NCBI GenBank assembly: GCA_047150005.1
Contig: AP038806.1
Coordinates: 224,001-288,000, forward strand
Source of the DNA: Nitrospira sp.
GTDB taxonomy: Bacteria; Nitrospirota; Nitrospiria; Nitrospirales; Nitrospiraceae
DNA: 64,000 nt
Reading direction: 5' to 3'
In this document: positions 39,359 through 49,800 of the stretch, piece after piece
Layout of the letters: each line of letters begins with the position of its first letter
How positions within the stretch are numbered: the stretch's first letter is position 1
Translations under genes and position numbers: made by a program
Notes under the pieces: model-generated
The model's database searches: none
Told to the model about the DNA's origin: nothing
Seen by the model: the letters and a program-made list of their open reading frames with translations, nothing else

Positions 39359-40783
39359 ATGATGTTCTTCCCAAAGAAGCACTTCGTTCCCATACTCTGT
39401 GCGGCGGTTGGGCTCGCCATGTTGTCGTCCTGCACCTCGCTTTCCGCGCAGCGAAAGGAGGAATCAACTGCCTCCATCAAGAAAATCAAAAATATGGACG
39501 GAGAACATACGCAAGCGATGACTCTCGGAGAACTCCGCGATGAAGTCCAGCGATTCGCCTATCGGTTTGTCACCCACGTAAACGAGCCGCTGCGGATTGT
39601 CGGCGGGACGACAAGCACAGCTAACGTACGCAAGATTGTGCAGCGGATGAAATTCGCAAATACATGGTCGGCGGTGGACATTGCAATTGGGCCAAACCCT
39701 GAATTGAACCTAATCGATATGATTGTTTATGTCACGTTGTCACGGATGCTGATGGAGGACTACTGGGTTCCGACCGTCTTTACTGAACAGGGAGGTATTC
39801 TCACAAAGGCGTTTCGAGACATGGAGGAGGATATCTGGAGCGTCGGAGCTCGAGTTCTTGATCGCGAGCAGCGGGAGGAATTGCGCGGTGTCATAGTGAC
39901 ATGGCGCGAACACAATCCTGACGTACAGATGGTTACGGGCGTCCGATTCGGAAATATTGCCCCGCAAACGAGCACTTCTCGTCTAGCCGAAGTGCAGAAA
40001 CCAGGAGGGCTGTTGGGACAGATGCAACGAGCGAACGATGCCGTTGATGAAGTTCGAGTTCTCTCGGAGCGTCTCTTATTTCTTGTGAAAGCCATGTTAC
40101 CGCTCTCGCAGTATCAAGCGGAAGCGACCCTAAGCGACGTTCTAGCGGAACCCGCCATCGAACAGATGTTCTCAGACCTAGACCGTCTCACGACGTCTAC
40201 GGAACGCTATGCGACGATGTTGGAGCGACTTCCTGGCGAGCGGAATGCGACCCTGTCTCAAGTCAGTGACATCATTGCCAAGGAACGGAACAATTTCCTT
40301 ACTGGGATCGTTCCTCATGAAGAGCGTCTTCAGGGCGTGCTGACGAATCTTCGCGAGACGCTTGTGGAAGCAAACAAGTTGATCGCGTCTGTTGAATCGT
40401 TTACCGGCAAGTATGTTCCAGCTCAGGATCCGTCTCGAGTGCACGCGCTCCCACCTGCCGATCAGAAACCATTCGATATCAAGGATTATCAGGACACCGT
40501 CAGTGGAGTAACCGACACTGTTCGTGAGGCTCAGAAGCTTGCCCTCGTCTTGGAGCAGATCCTCAATTCTCCGGGATGGAAGGAGCGTATGCCGGAACTG
40601 CTCAATGCCATTGACGTGGTTGGCAAACAAGGAACCGGTTTGGTTGACTTCTCATTTCGCCGCGCGGTCATTCTCGTCGGGACTTCTATACTCATGATCT
40701 TTGTCCTGGCGTTCTTGTTAGTGAGATATGCACTCAAAAGATCGGCCGCCATCCGCGCCTACCAGGATGTGGCAGTCAAATAG
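39359..40783 (+). CDS. helical/coiled-coil lipoprotein with C-terminal TM helix
   Basis: Lipobox LSSC; GGAGG SD; terminal hydrophobic AVILVGTSILMIFVLAFLLV followed by basic residues; AT-richer codons than flanks. Confidence 0.75.
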   Translation: MMFFPKKHFVPILCAAVGLAMLSSCTSLSAQRKEESTASIKKIKNMDGEHTQAMTLGELRDEVQRFAYRFVTHVNEPLRIVGGTTSTANVRKIVQRMKFANTWSAVDIAIGPNPELNLIDMIVYVTLSRMLMEDYWVPTVFTEQGGILTKAFRDMEEDIWSVGARVLDREQREELRGVIVTWREHNPDVQMVTGVRFGNIAPQTSTSRLAEVQKPGGLLGQMQRANDAVDEVRVLSERLLFLVKAMLPLSQYQAEATLSDVLAEPAIEQMFSDLDRLTTSTERYATMLERLPGERNATLSQVSDIIAKERNNFLTGIVPHEERLQGVLTNLRETLVEANKLIASVESFTGKYVPAQDPSRVHALPPADQKPFDIKDYQDTVSGVTDTVREAQKLALVLEQILNSPGWKERMPELLNAIDVVGKQGTGLVDFSFRRAVILVGTSILMIFVLAFLLVRYALKRSAAIRAYQDVAVK

Positions 40784-41033
40784 GCCGGCGCATTCAATCG
40801 TCGGGAAACGATTGTGATGGCTCGATGTGTCCGCATTAACTGTCCTAACACCACTGAGGTCGGAAGCCATCGAGGGAAACGAGCAGTACGATGGGCGTTT
40901 GTAGATGGTTCGTATGATTGACAGAGGGACGCTGTCGAGAAGACAATCGACACAGGCTCTCACTGCGTGGGCACCGGCTATTCAGGTCTTCCTTCTTGCA
41001 TCGTCTGATAGAATCGATGGACAGACGATCCTC

Positions 41034-41351
41034 TTACGGATTCGGCGCGACGAAGACCAATACTTTTAGTCGCTGTCCACTATCATTCTTCACCCCGTGT
41101 TCCTCGCCCGCCGGCGCCATCGTTCCTTGGCCGGCGCGCAGGACCTCTCGCTTCTCTCCTACCTGAAACGTCCCTTGGCCTTCCAGCACCAGATACACCT
41201 TGTCCTGCTCGGCATGGACATGCCCCTTCTGCTCCTGCCCTGGTTCAAAACAGTAGACATCACAGAATAGCCGCGGCGTTTGGAAGATATTGTTTTTCTT
41301 CATCTTCTCATGACTAAACTGTTGAAAATCAGAGAGATTAACAACATTCAT
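41034..41351 (-). CDS. cupin domain protein
   Basis: FEPGQEQKGHVH...YLVLEGQG...PAGEEHGVKN; AAGGAG SD. Confidence 0.88.
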   Translation of the reverse strand: MNVVNLSDFQQFSHEKMKKNNIFQTPRLFCDVYCFEPGQEQKGHVHAEQDKVYLVLEGQGTFQVGEKREVLRAGQGTMAPAGEEHGVKNDSGQRLKVLVFVAPNP

Positions 41352-41507
41352 GCGAGAGACTCCTTCCGGTGGACAAGAGGGTTCGGCCTTCGGAATTCGT
41401 GGACGTTGCGACGGGAGTATAGCCCGTGACGCGCCGGAAATCAGCCCCATCTCTTCAAGCCGCTTTGACCGACTCCTCACGTTTCGGCTACTCTGAACGG
41501 ACCTGCC

Positions 41508-43184
41508 ATGAATCGAGCGGAACAACGACGACGGGATTCTTTGAGAGGCTCCGAAGATGTGACGCCTTGGCTCAACCAAGGCAAGGCGCACCATCAGGCC
41601 GGTCGATTGGCGGAAGCGGAACAGGCCTATCGTCAGGCACTCACCATCGCACCCCGCCATCCGGACGCGTTGCACCTGCTCGGCCTGTTGTCCTACCGGA
41701 TGAACCGGCTGGACGAGGCCCTCGAGCGATTGAACGCCGCGGTCGAGGAGCAACCCGCCTCGCCCCTCTACTGGTTCAACCTCGGCGTGGTCGCCCAGAA
41801 AGCCGGCAGACTAGCGCAAGCCGTCACGGCCTATGAGAAAGCGGTGTCCCTCAACCCGCGTCACCCGGAAGCGCTGATGAACCTCGGCAACGCGCTCCGG
41901 GACCAGGGCAGTCTGGGCGAAGCGATCGAGGCCTACCGGAAAGCCTTGGCGATCAATCCGACACATCCGGAGTTGCACAACAACCTGGGCGTCGCCCTCC
42001 AGGAACAGGGTGCAGTAGATGACGCGATCGGCTCGTTCCGCCGCGCGCTGGAGGCGAAGCCCCAGCATGTGGAGGCGCTGAACAACTTGGGCCTCGCCTT
42101 GATGGAAGCCGGTACCCTGCGTGAAGCCATCGGGTTCTTTCAGCGGGCGCTTGCTTTGATGCCTGGCTATCAAAAGGCCCTCTACAATCTTGGCATTGCT
42201 TCTATCTGGGTGGGCGACGACGAAAAGGCAGTCTCCTGCTTCTCGCAAATCGCCAGGGCGCGGCACGACCACGGACAGCCGATTACCGAACAAGCCACCT
42301 ATCGATCCCGCATCAAACACGAAGTCGAGCAGACCCGCCATCTCCTCGATCGCCGACTGCTCGACGAGGAGTATCGAGCCCACCTCGATTCGCTGATCCG
42401 GCTGCAGCGCCTGCTGGATGACGACGCGACCTCCGGCAATCGTGTCACCGTCTCCGCAGATGCCCTCGCCTCGATCGCGCCGGCGTTCAACCGCATGCTG
42501 CACTGCGAGCCGCCCCAACGTATCGACGGGAGCGCCCTCAACGGCGTCCTCGACGTCGCGGCCGTCGAGTCCCGCTATCTCGGCAGGCATCCTGAGGTCA
42601 CGTTCGTCGACGGACTCGTGAACGACGTCGCGTTGGAGGCGTTGCGTCGCTTCTGTTTGGATGCGACGATCTGGAAGAAGGATTACGAAAACGGCTATTG
42701 CGGAGCGTTCCTGGGCGACGGCTTCGCCTCCCCGCTCCTCCTGCAGATCGCAGAAGAGCTGCGCCTGAAGTTTCCCCGCATCTTCACCCACCATCGGTTG
42801 ACGCAGGCGTGGGCGTTCAAGCAGGACAGCGCGCGTCGAGGACTGAACATCCATGCCGACGCCGCGGCGGTGAATGTAAACTTTTGGATTACGCCGGACG
42901 AGGCGAATCTCGATCCCTCCGCCGGAGGCCTGGTCGTCTACGACAAGGAAGCCCCCAAGGACTGGAACTTCAAGGACTACAACAGCGACCGGAACAAGCC
43001 GAAGATTCTGGCCTGGCTCAAGGAGGTGGGCGCCGAGGCGATCAAGATTCCCTACCGCGCGAACCGCGCCGTGATCTTCAATTCCGATCTCTTCCACGAA
43101 AGCGACCACATCGCCTTCAAAGACGACTACCGCAGTCGCCGCATCAACATCACCCTGTTGTACGGCCACCGGTTGAAGGCGTAA
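41508..43184 (+). CDS. TPR-repeat protein with C-terminal 2OG-Fe(II) oxygenase-like domain
   Basis: About 7 TPRs; IHADAAAVNVNFWI...NRAVIFNSDLFHES...RINITLL (HxD...H...R). Confidence 0.75.
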   Translation: MNRAEQRRRDSLRGSEDVTPWLNQGKAHHQAGRLAEAEQAYRQALTIAPRHPDALHLLGLLSYRMNRLDEALERLNAAVEEQPASPLYWFNLGVVAQKAGRLAQAVTAYEKAVSLNPRHPEALMNLGNALRDQGSLGEAIEAYRKALAINPTHPELHNNLGVALQEQGAVDDAIGSFRRALEAKPQHVEALNNLGLALMEAGTLREAIGFFQRALALMPGYQKALYNLGIASIWVGDDEKAVSCFSQIARARHDHGQPITEQATYRSRIKHEVEQTRHLLDRRLLDEEYRAHLDSLIRLQRLLDDDATSGNRVTVSADALASIAPAFNRMLHCEPPQRIDGSALNGVLDVAAVESRYLGRHPEVTFVDGLVNDVALEALRRFCLDATIWKKDYENGYCGAFLGDGFASPLLLQIAEELRLKFPRIFTHHRLTQAWAFKQDSARRGLNIHADAAAVNVNFWITPDEANLDPSAGGLVVYDKEAPKDWNFKDYNSDRNKPKILAWLKEVGAEAIKIPYRANRAVIFNSDLFHESDHIAFKDDYRSRRINITLLYGHRLKA

Positions 43185-43259
43185 TGGCAGGACGCTTCTC
43201 CCGGAGACGTGTTCGCGAATGCCGTTGACGCAGAGGCGTTTGAACAGAACGTCGGTGGG

Positions 43260-43616
43260 TCAGGCCGCTTGAGGGTCTTCGTCCGAAGCAGCTCGCTGGT
43301 AGGGATGGAGTTCGAGTTGGGTGACGGTGTGCTGCAGGCGGGCCCATTCTTCCGGAGCGAGGGTCACGAATTCCAGACCGAACTGACGCGGACGGCTCCA
43401 CCGGACGACCGCCTCCTGGACCTTCAACGGCGGCTCCTCATCAGACGCCTGGATGCGTAGTTCCAGCGAGGTGCCGGGCCGCACCTCAACCGCACTGTCG
43501 ATCCGGCATCCGCGCAGCGACAGATCGACCAACGTGCCGTCTCCCCCCACGATATTCAGCGAGGTGAACGAACTGCGGAACCGGACCGAAAACCGCTGGT
43601 TCTGACGCTGTTCCAT
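43260..43616 (-). CDS. PilZ domain protein
   Basis: RQNQR (RxxxR) and DLSLRG (DxSxxG), VVRW, FGLEF. Confidence 0.9.
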   Translation of the reverse strand: MEQRQNQRFSVRFRSSFTSLNIVGGDGTLVDLSLRGCRIDSAVEVRPGTSLELRIQASDEEPPLKVQEAVVRWSRPRQFGLEFVTLAPEEWARLQHTVTQLELHPYQRAASDEDPQAA

Positions 43617-43624
43617 CTTTTCTC

Positions 43625-43702
43625 AGTCCTAAGTCCTGAGTTCTGAATGCTGAGTCATGACTATTTGAATCCAGATCGCTTCCGTCTCAGCACTCAGCAC
43701 TC
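43625..43702. repeat. inverted heptamer tandem-repeat hairpin
   Basis: AGTCCTA AGTCCTG AGTTCTG AATGCTG AGTCATG ... CTCAGCA CTCAGCA CTC. Confidence 0.7.
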
Positions 43703-43709
43703 GTGGCTG

Positions 43710-45161
43710 TCAGCCTTTAATATTGCCAATCGGCCTGAGTTCCGCCACTTTTTTTGTGATTCCCGCTCGATCGACCGTCTCGACCACCTCGGAAATATTC
43801 TTGTAGGCGAAGCCGGCTTCTTCCGCGAGCCCCGACATCGACACGGCCTTCACCACGATGCCCCGCTGTTTCATCTGTTGCTGGAGTTGCTCGCCCCGGA
43901 CCGACTTCTTGGCCTGCGCGCGCGACATCGTTCGCCCCGACCCGTGCATCGTGGAGCCGAAGGTCTCCTGCACGGCCCGATCGGTTCCGACCAGCAGATA
44001 GGAGCCGGTTTCCATCGAGCCGCCGCAAATGACCGGCTGGCCGATCTGCCGGAACGCCTCGGGCAACTCCGGATGGCCCGGCCCGAAGGCTCTCGTCGAT
44101 CCCTTGCGATGCACCAGCAGCTCGCCTTCGGCGTACCGCTCGACCTTGGCGATGTTGTGCGCCACGTCGTAGACCAGCTCCATGCCCAACGCTTCCGCCG
44201 ATTGACCGAAGACGGCGGCAAAGGCCTCGCGGATCTGATAGGTGATGACCTGCCGATTCGCGAAGGCGGTATTGGCGGCGCAGTTCATCGCGGCGAAGTA
44301 GTCTTGCCCTTCATCCGAACGAAACGGCGCGCAGGCCAGTTGCTGGTCCTTCACCGAGATGCCGTAGCGTCGCATGGCCTTCTCGAACACCTTGAGGTAG
44401 TCGCTCGCCACTTGATGACCGAAACCTCGCGAACCGCAATGCACCATCACCACGACTTGGTCGTGACCGGTGATGCCCAGCGCGGCGGCGGCGGCCGGAT
44501 CGAACACCCGATCGTTCGACACCACCTGGACTTCCAGATAGTGATTGCCCGATCCCAGCGTCCCGAGCTGATTGATGCCTCTGGCCAATGCGCGATCGGT
44601 CACTTTCGAGGGATCCGCGCCGCCTATGCATCCCTGCTCTTCGATCTTCGCGAGGTCCCGGTGCCAGCCGAATCCTTGCCCGACGCACCAGCGCGCGCCT
44701 TCGGTCATGACCTCCTCGAACGATCGGCGATTCAGTCGGACAAACCCCGCAGCGCCCACACCGGCCGGCACGCGACGGAACAATTCGGTCATGAGCCGTT
44801 CCAACCGCGGCTGCACGTCGTCCAACGTCAAATCCGTCCGGATCAGGCGCATGCCGCAGTTGATGTCATACCCGACTCCGCCGGGTGAAATGACCCCGTT
44901 GCGGACGTCGAAGGCCGCCACGCCGCCGATCGGAAACCCGTAGCCCCAATGGCCGTCAGGCATGCAAAGGGCATAGCGTTGGATGCCGGGCAGGCACGCG
45001 ACATTCGTGACCTGGTCGAACACCCCCTGGTCCATGGACCGGAGCACTGCCTCGGTCGCATAGAGGCGCGCCGGTACGAGCATGCCGGATTTTTCCGAGA
45101 CGGGGATCTCCCAGATCGCATCCGTGATCCGGTTCACCTGCATGTCGGTATTCAGCTTCAT
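43710..45161 (-). CDS. rtcB: RNA-splicing/repair ligase RtcB
   Basis: PDGHWGYGFPIGG, GYDINCG, GSGNHY, HCGSRG, AHN, HRKG, HGSGR. Confidence 0.96.
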   Translation of the reverse strand: MKLNTDMQVNRITDAIWEIPVSEKSGMLVPARLYATEAVLRSMDQGVFDQVTNVACLPGIQRYALCMPDGHWGYGFPIGGVAAFDVRNGVISPGGVGYDINCGMRLIRTDLTLDDVQPRLERLMTELFRRVPAGVGAAGFVRLNRRSFEEVMTEGARWCVGQGFGWHRDLAKIEEQGCIGGADPSKVTDRALARGINQLGTLGSGNHYLEVQVVSNDRVFDPAAAAALGITGHDQVVVMVHCGSRGFGHQVASDYLKVFEKAMRRYGISVKDQQLACAPFRSDEGQDYFAAMNCAANTAFANRQVITYQIREAFAAVFGQSAEALGMELVYDVAHNIAKVERYAEGELLVHRKGSTRAFGPGHPELPEAFRQIGQPVICGGSMETGSYLLVGTDRAVQETFGSTMHGSGRTMSRAQAKKSVRGEQLQQQMKQRGIVVKAVSMSGLAEEAGFAYKNISEVVETVDRAGITKKVAELRPIGNIKG

Positions 45162-45202
45162 ACGTATTCAATCCGTGCGCTACTCAGCCTCAACCTTTTC
45201 TG

Positions 45203-45637
45203 TCACACATCCAATACCACCCGCGCCGTCCAGCGGCCGTTCACCTGACGCAACGTATAGAGATGTTTCGTGACTCCCTTCACATCGTTGCGGAGTTCCT
45301 GCGTCTGTTGGTCGACCGGTGCGCCGATCAACCGTGCCGTCAGCATCCACTGCTCCCCTTCCCTCACAACGGCCAGCGGCGCATCATGGAAGACCACGCC
45401 GGCCGCATCTTTCCAATAAACGATGTCGGAAAGCCAGTCAAACAGCAATTGAGGCAAGTCTGCATCTTGTCGTTCGATCCTCCGTTCCCACGACGAGCCG
45501 ACCGTCGCCGGATCGGCGAGGGTCGTAAGAAGCGCCTGAGTCGCGCCGGCAAAGATGGCTTGGACCGAATCGCCCTCGGCCTCAAAAGCCAGGTCCGCCA
45601 GGGCCACATCGTCAAGGAAGCGAAAGGAGAAGGTCAT
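45203..45637 (-). CDS. archease
   Basis: FRFLDDVALADLAFEAEG, LLFDWLSD, DVKGVTKH, VVLDV; adjacent to rtcB. Confidence 0.92.
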   Translation of the reverse strand: MTFSFRFLDDVALADLAFEAEGDSVQAIFAGATQALLTTLADPATVGSSWERRIERQDADLPQLLFDWLSDIVYWKDAAGVVFHDAPLAVVREGEQWMLTARLIGAPVDQQTQELRNDVKGVTKHLYTLRQVNGRWTARVVLDV

Positions 45638-45692
45638 GCTCGGGCAGACTTAGGCAGAAACGTGCTGATCAGATGGAGCAAACCGGACGAAG

Positions 45693-46838
45693 CTAACCCA
45701 ATTCGAAGATCTTCGGAAAGTCGGTGAGGTTGCGGCAGCCGTCGCCGGTCACGAGCACCATGTCCTCGATGCGGACGGCGCCCAAGCCCGGATAGTAGAG
45801 CCCAGGCTCGACCGTCACGACGTGGCCTTCCTGTAACAGCGACCCGGTTCGGCTGATGCGCGGGGCTTCGTGAATGTCCAGCCCGACGCCGTGACCGGTC
45901 CCATGGAAGTAGCCCTGCATACGGCCGTTGACCAGGCCGGTCTTGTAGCCGGCCTTTTCGAACCGGTCGCAGATGCCGCGGTGGATCTTCATGCCGTCGG
46001 CGCCGTCTTTGATCTTCGTGATCGCCTCTTCCTGAGCATCCTTCACGGTCTGATAGAGCCGGACGAGCTCGGGGCTGGGCGTTCCCCGCACGACCGTGCG
46101 CGACATGTCGGCGAAATAGCGCGTCGTCGCGGAGCGAGGAAACACGTCGAAGATGATGCTGCGGTGAGCTGGCAACGGTCCGCTACCTTCGTTGTGCGGA
46201 TCGCAGGCCTGCTCGCCTCCGGCCACGATCGTGTGCTGAGCGACACAGTCGGCTTCCATCAACTTCACGTTGATCAGCTTCTTGATCCGCTCAGAGGTCA
46301 ACGGGATGTCGTCGAGCCACAATTCGGACCTGACGATCGTCGCCCGGCGGAGCACGGCGTGGGCCGCGGCGACGGCCGCTTCCGTTGCGCGCTGGGCGCT
46401 TTCGATGTGCCGGACTTCTTCCGCGGTCTTCACGACGCGCTGCTCGTAGAACGGGTCCGGCTTCGCATGGACCTGATATCCCAACTCCTGCAGACGGCTC
46501 GCGTGACGGAAGGGAAAATTGCCCGGCACGAGCACCTGCTTGATCTTGGCGTCGCGCAACACGACGTGGACGATATCCACGCTGCCAGGGGACGCGACCC
46601 CCTGATCGCGCGCGCGCTTCTCGATCTCGGAATAAGACAGCACACGATCGACCGAGGCCTGGCTTTTCGCCCGATCCATCTCCAGATCGTTCATGACCAG
46701 GAGACGCTCTCCCTTGATCTCCAGATAGATGAAGGGATCCGGCGCGATGAATTTAGTCGCGTAATAGAGATTGGCGTCCGTCTCGCTGGCGGCGATGAAC
46801 AGGACGGCTTTGTGTGATTGCGAAGCGGATCGAGACAT
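45693..46838 (-). CDS. Xaa-Pro peptidase (M24 family)
   Basis: DVFP...YFADMSRT, HGTGHGVGLDIHE, TVEPGLY, VRIED. Confidence 0.93.
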   Translation of the reverse strand: MSRSASQSHKAVLFIAASETDANLYYATKFIAPDPFIYLEIKGERLLVMNDLEMDRAKSQASVDRVLSYSEIEKRARDQGVASPGSVDIVHVVLRDAKIKQVLVPGNFPFRHASRLQELGYQVHAKPDPFYEQRVVKTAEEVRHIESAQRATEAAVAAAHAVLRRATIVRSELWLDDIPLTSERIKKLINVKLMEADCVAQHTIVAGGEQACDPHNEGSGPLPAHRSIIFDVFPRSATTRYFADMSRTVVRGTPSPELVRLYQTVKDAQEEAITKIKDGADGMKIHRGICDRFEKAGYKTGLVNGRMQGYFHGTGHGVGLDIHEAPRISRTGSLLQEGHVVTVEPGLYYPGLGAVRIEDMVLVTGDGCRNLTDFPKIFELG

Positions 46839-46881
46839 GGCTTGGTTACCCGCTGGACCTTAGCACGGGGTCAGGGACCGG

Positions 46882-49800
46882 TCAAGGCGACGACGGCGCC
46901 GGGACATCCTTGGGCGACGCCTTGTCCTCATCGGGCGTCATGAGATCAATCGGCAGCATCACCGTGTTCTTCAATACATCGACGGCGAGCTGCCCCAATC
47001 CGGTCAGCCCGGTGGCGAAGGATTTCATCGGCATGTAGGTCACCTCCGGATCTTCGATGCTGCCTTTGACGGAGAACATCGCGGTCGCCACGCCCTTGCG
47101 GTCGCCGGCAAACAGGCGCCCGAACAAGGGAATGGTTTTGAGGAACTGCGAATACGACCCGAACGGACTCACGGCCCACACCATGTCGCCCTGATCGGTC
47201 GGGAGATCGTAGTTGCCGGCGGCGGTGATCTTCACGATCGGACTGTCGATGATCATGTTCTCCGTTTCGAACAGGCCGTTGCGCACCGTCACCGTCGCGG
47301 TGATCTTGTTGTACGGCAGACCTTCCTTTTCCAGATCCACCTTACCCTGGAGCACGGCCGGCAGGTTCAGAATGCTGATGATCTTCCAGGTCACCCGCTC
47401 CTTCGACTTGAAGATGTGGCCGTTCTCGATCAGGATGTCGGCCTTCCCGTTCAACGTGGGATAGACGCCGTGGGGATTCCGGCCGTGGCCGCGGATCGTT
47501 CCGGTGATGCGGATCTGTCCGGTCACACCGCCCTCATTCTTCCCGACGAGCCGCAGGATGTCGCTGACCGGCACGCCGGTAGCCCGCACGGAGATTTCCG
47601 CCTCCGCGGGCTCGTGGCGCGGCAGCTGCACGGCAATCCGGCCGGCGATTTCACCGTCGGTCGACTGGCCGGAGATCCGATCCACGTCGAGGACGCCGTC
47701 CTGGATCGTGATGCGGGCCGAGAGGCCGCCGAACTTCAGATGCTTGTAGTGCCCGCGCGTGATGGAGGCCGTCATGGCGACCCGGCTCGTCGCCGCCAGG
47801 GTCTCCAGGAATTCCCGCATGGGCGACCGCTCGCCTTTGGGAATCAGCAGATCCAGATCCATCTGGTTGGATTCCATCTTCCCAGAAATGGCCGGCTTCG
47901 TCGCCCAGTTTCGGATCATCGCTTCCATGACCAGGTCGCTGTCGAGGAGCCGGAAGGACAGGCGTTTGAGCTCGGCCGCGTCGCGATTGAACTGCAGGCG
48001 CACGTACAGATCCTGGATAGGGCCGTCGGTGCCCCTTACGTTAACAAGCCCGTTGCTTAGGGCCAGCCAGCCGTTGGTTTTCCACATTCGCCAGTCGGCA
48101 CCCTTGCCCTTGACGTCGAGCGACACTTCAACGTTGCCCGCTTCGAATCCCCCCTTGGTAATCCATTCGGGCACCGTGGAGAGGGACACGGTTCCGGTCG
48201 CCAGGGACGCATCGATCGATACGCGCTCGCCCAGACGGATATTCCCCTTCACCGGCAGACGGAGCGGCGGCACGTCCGCCTCGATGTGCGTGAGGGTCAG
48301 CCCTCCCTTCGACGCCACGTGCCCTTCGAAATTGATGGTGGCCGGCGCGCCGACGGGCTTCTCCAAGACCTCCGGCCAGGTCACCTTCGATTCCGTCAGC
48401 GTGACCTCGCCCCGCATCTCGGGTGCCGTGGTCAGACCTCTGAGCGCGACCGCGACGCTGGTCAGGCCCTCGACCGTTCCCTTGGGAATGTGCTTCAGCG
48501 GCAGCAACTGCGTCAGGTGCAAGGAGTCCCCGGTCACCCGCACGAGCAGGTCGCGGAACGAGCTGGTGCTGCCGCCTGTGATGCCGCCCTGGACCTGCAC
48601 CGTCAAGTCGCCCAGATGGCCGCTGACCTGATCGAACTGCGTCTCCCCTTCGGCCAGAATGAAGCGCCCTTGGATGGCGGTCATCCGCTCCGGGAGCGAC
48701 GGATGGCTCAGGCTCACCTGTTGCGCCGTGATCTCGCCGCCCGCGAACGTGACGCCTCCCGGCTGCGTCAACGGCCCTACCAGGCGAAACGTGGGCTTGG
48801 CCACGCCCTCCACGTCCCGCGCCTCCCCCAGCGTCTTCGACAGCTGCTCGGACTGAACGGTCTTCGAGAGAAATTGCAGCAGATCCGAAGCCGTCATCGT
48901 GCCCAAGATTTCCATTTCCATCCAGGGGCCCGATTCCAGAAACGAGATCAGCCCCCTGCTGTCGGTCATGTGGATCGTGCCGTACTGGCCAGCCAGGTTC
49001 GTCACACGAATCCGGCCCGCCTCGACCAGGACGACCGCCGAGAGGTCCTTGGACGGCACATGGCTGTCGCCGATGAGCGCTTCTCCCTCACGGATGCGGA
49101 ATTCTCCCGTCACGGACAATTGCGGTCCTTCTCCGTACGACCCGGTCACGGTCGCCGAGACGACCTCTACCTTACCGTTGATGCGACGGTCTTCGATCAC
49201 GGCGGGCAATTGGGGATGAAACCATTCGGGTGGAATGCGTTGCAGCAACTCGCTCAACTGCATGGGCGCCGCCGAGAAAGTGAACGAGAAGGTCGGCTGC
49301 GCCGTCAACAGGCCCGACAGGCTCGCGCGACCCGTCGCGGCCAGCGGATCCAGCTTGGCCGTCAGATCCGACAGGACGACATCGTAGCCCGCCACGCCGG
49401 GAATCAGGCGCATGCCGCTCCGCACGGTGACGGCGCCCTGCACGTTCGGCGGGACCGGGCGCGGTCCGAAAAAATCCGCCAGTTCGCGCAGGCTCAGCCC
49501 CGCGGCCTCCACCGTACCCTCGAATTGAAACAGGAGCGGGGGTCTCGTCGTTTCGCTCATCTCGATCGTCTGTTGATCGGCTCTCCTGACGGCACCCGCC
49601 ATCGACAAGGATGACCGTTCCTGATCGCGGATGTGGTCGGCCGAGATGTGCACATCGGCCTGGTTGCGCTCCAGATGAATGACCAGCGCCGCCTCGACGG
49701 ACTCCAACTTCACCGTGCGGACGCCGTCTGGCCTGGCCTCGTCGATCACGATGATCGTGCCATCGATCACCGTGGCCTCCTTGATGCGGAACATGCGGGT

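Noticed and set aside
40784..40799. GCCGGCG...TTCAATC, matching the missing 5' acceptor strand (split/permuted tRNA idea)
   Set aside because: 7-mers are expected by chance at this GC content and no D-arm follows
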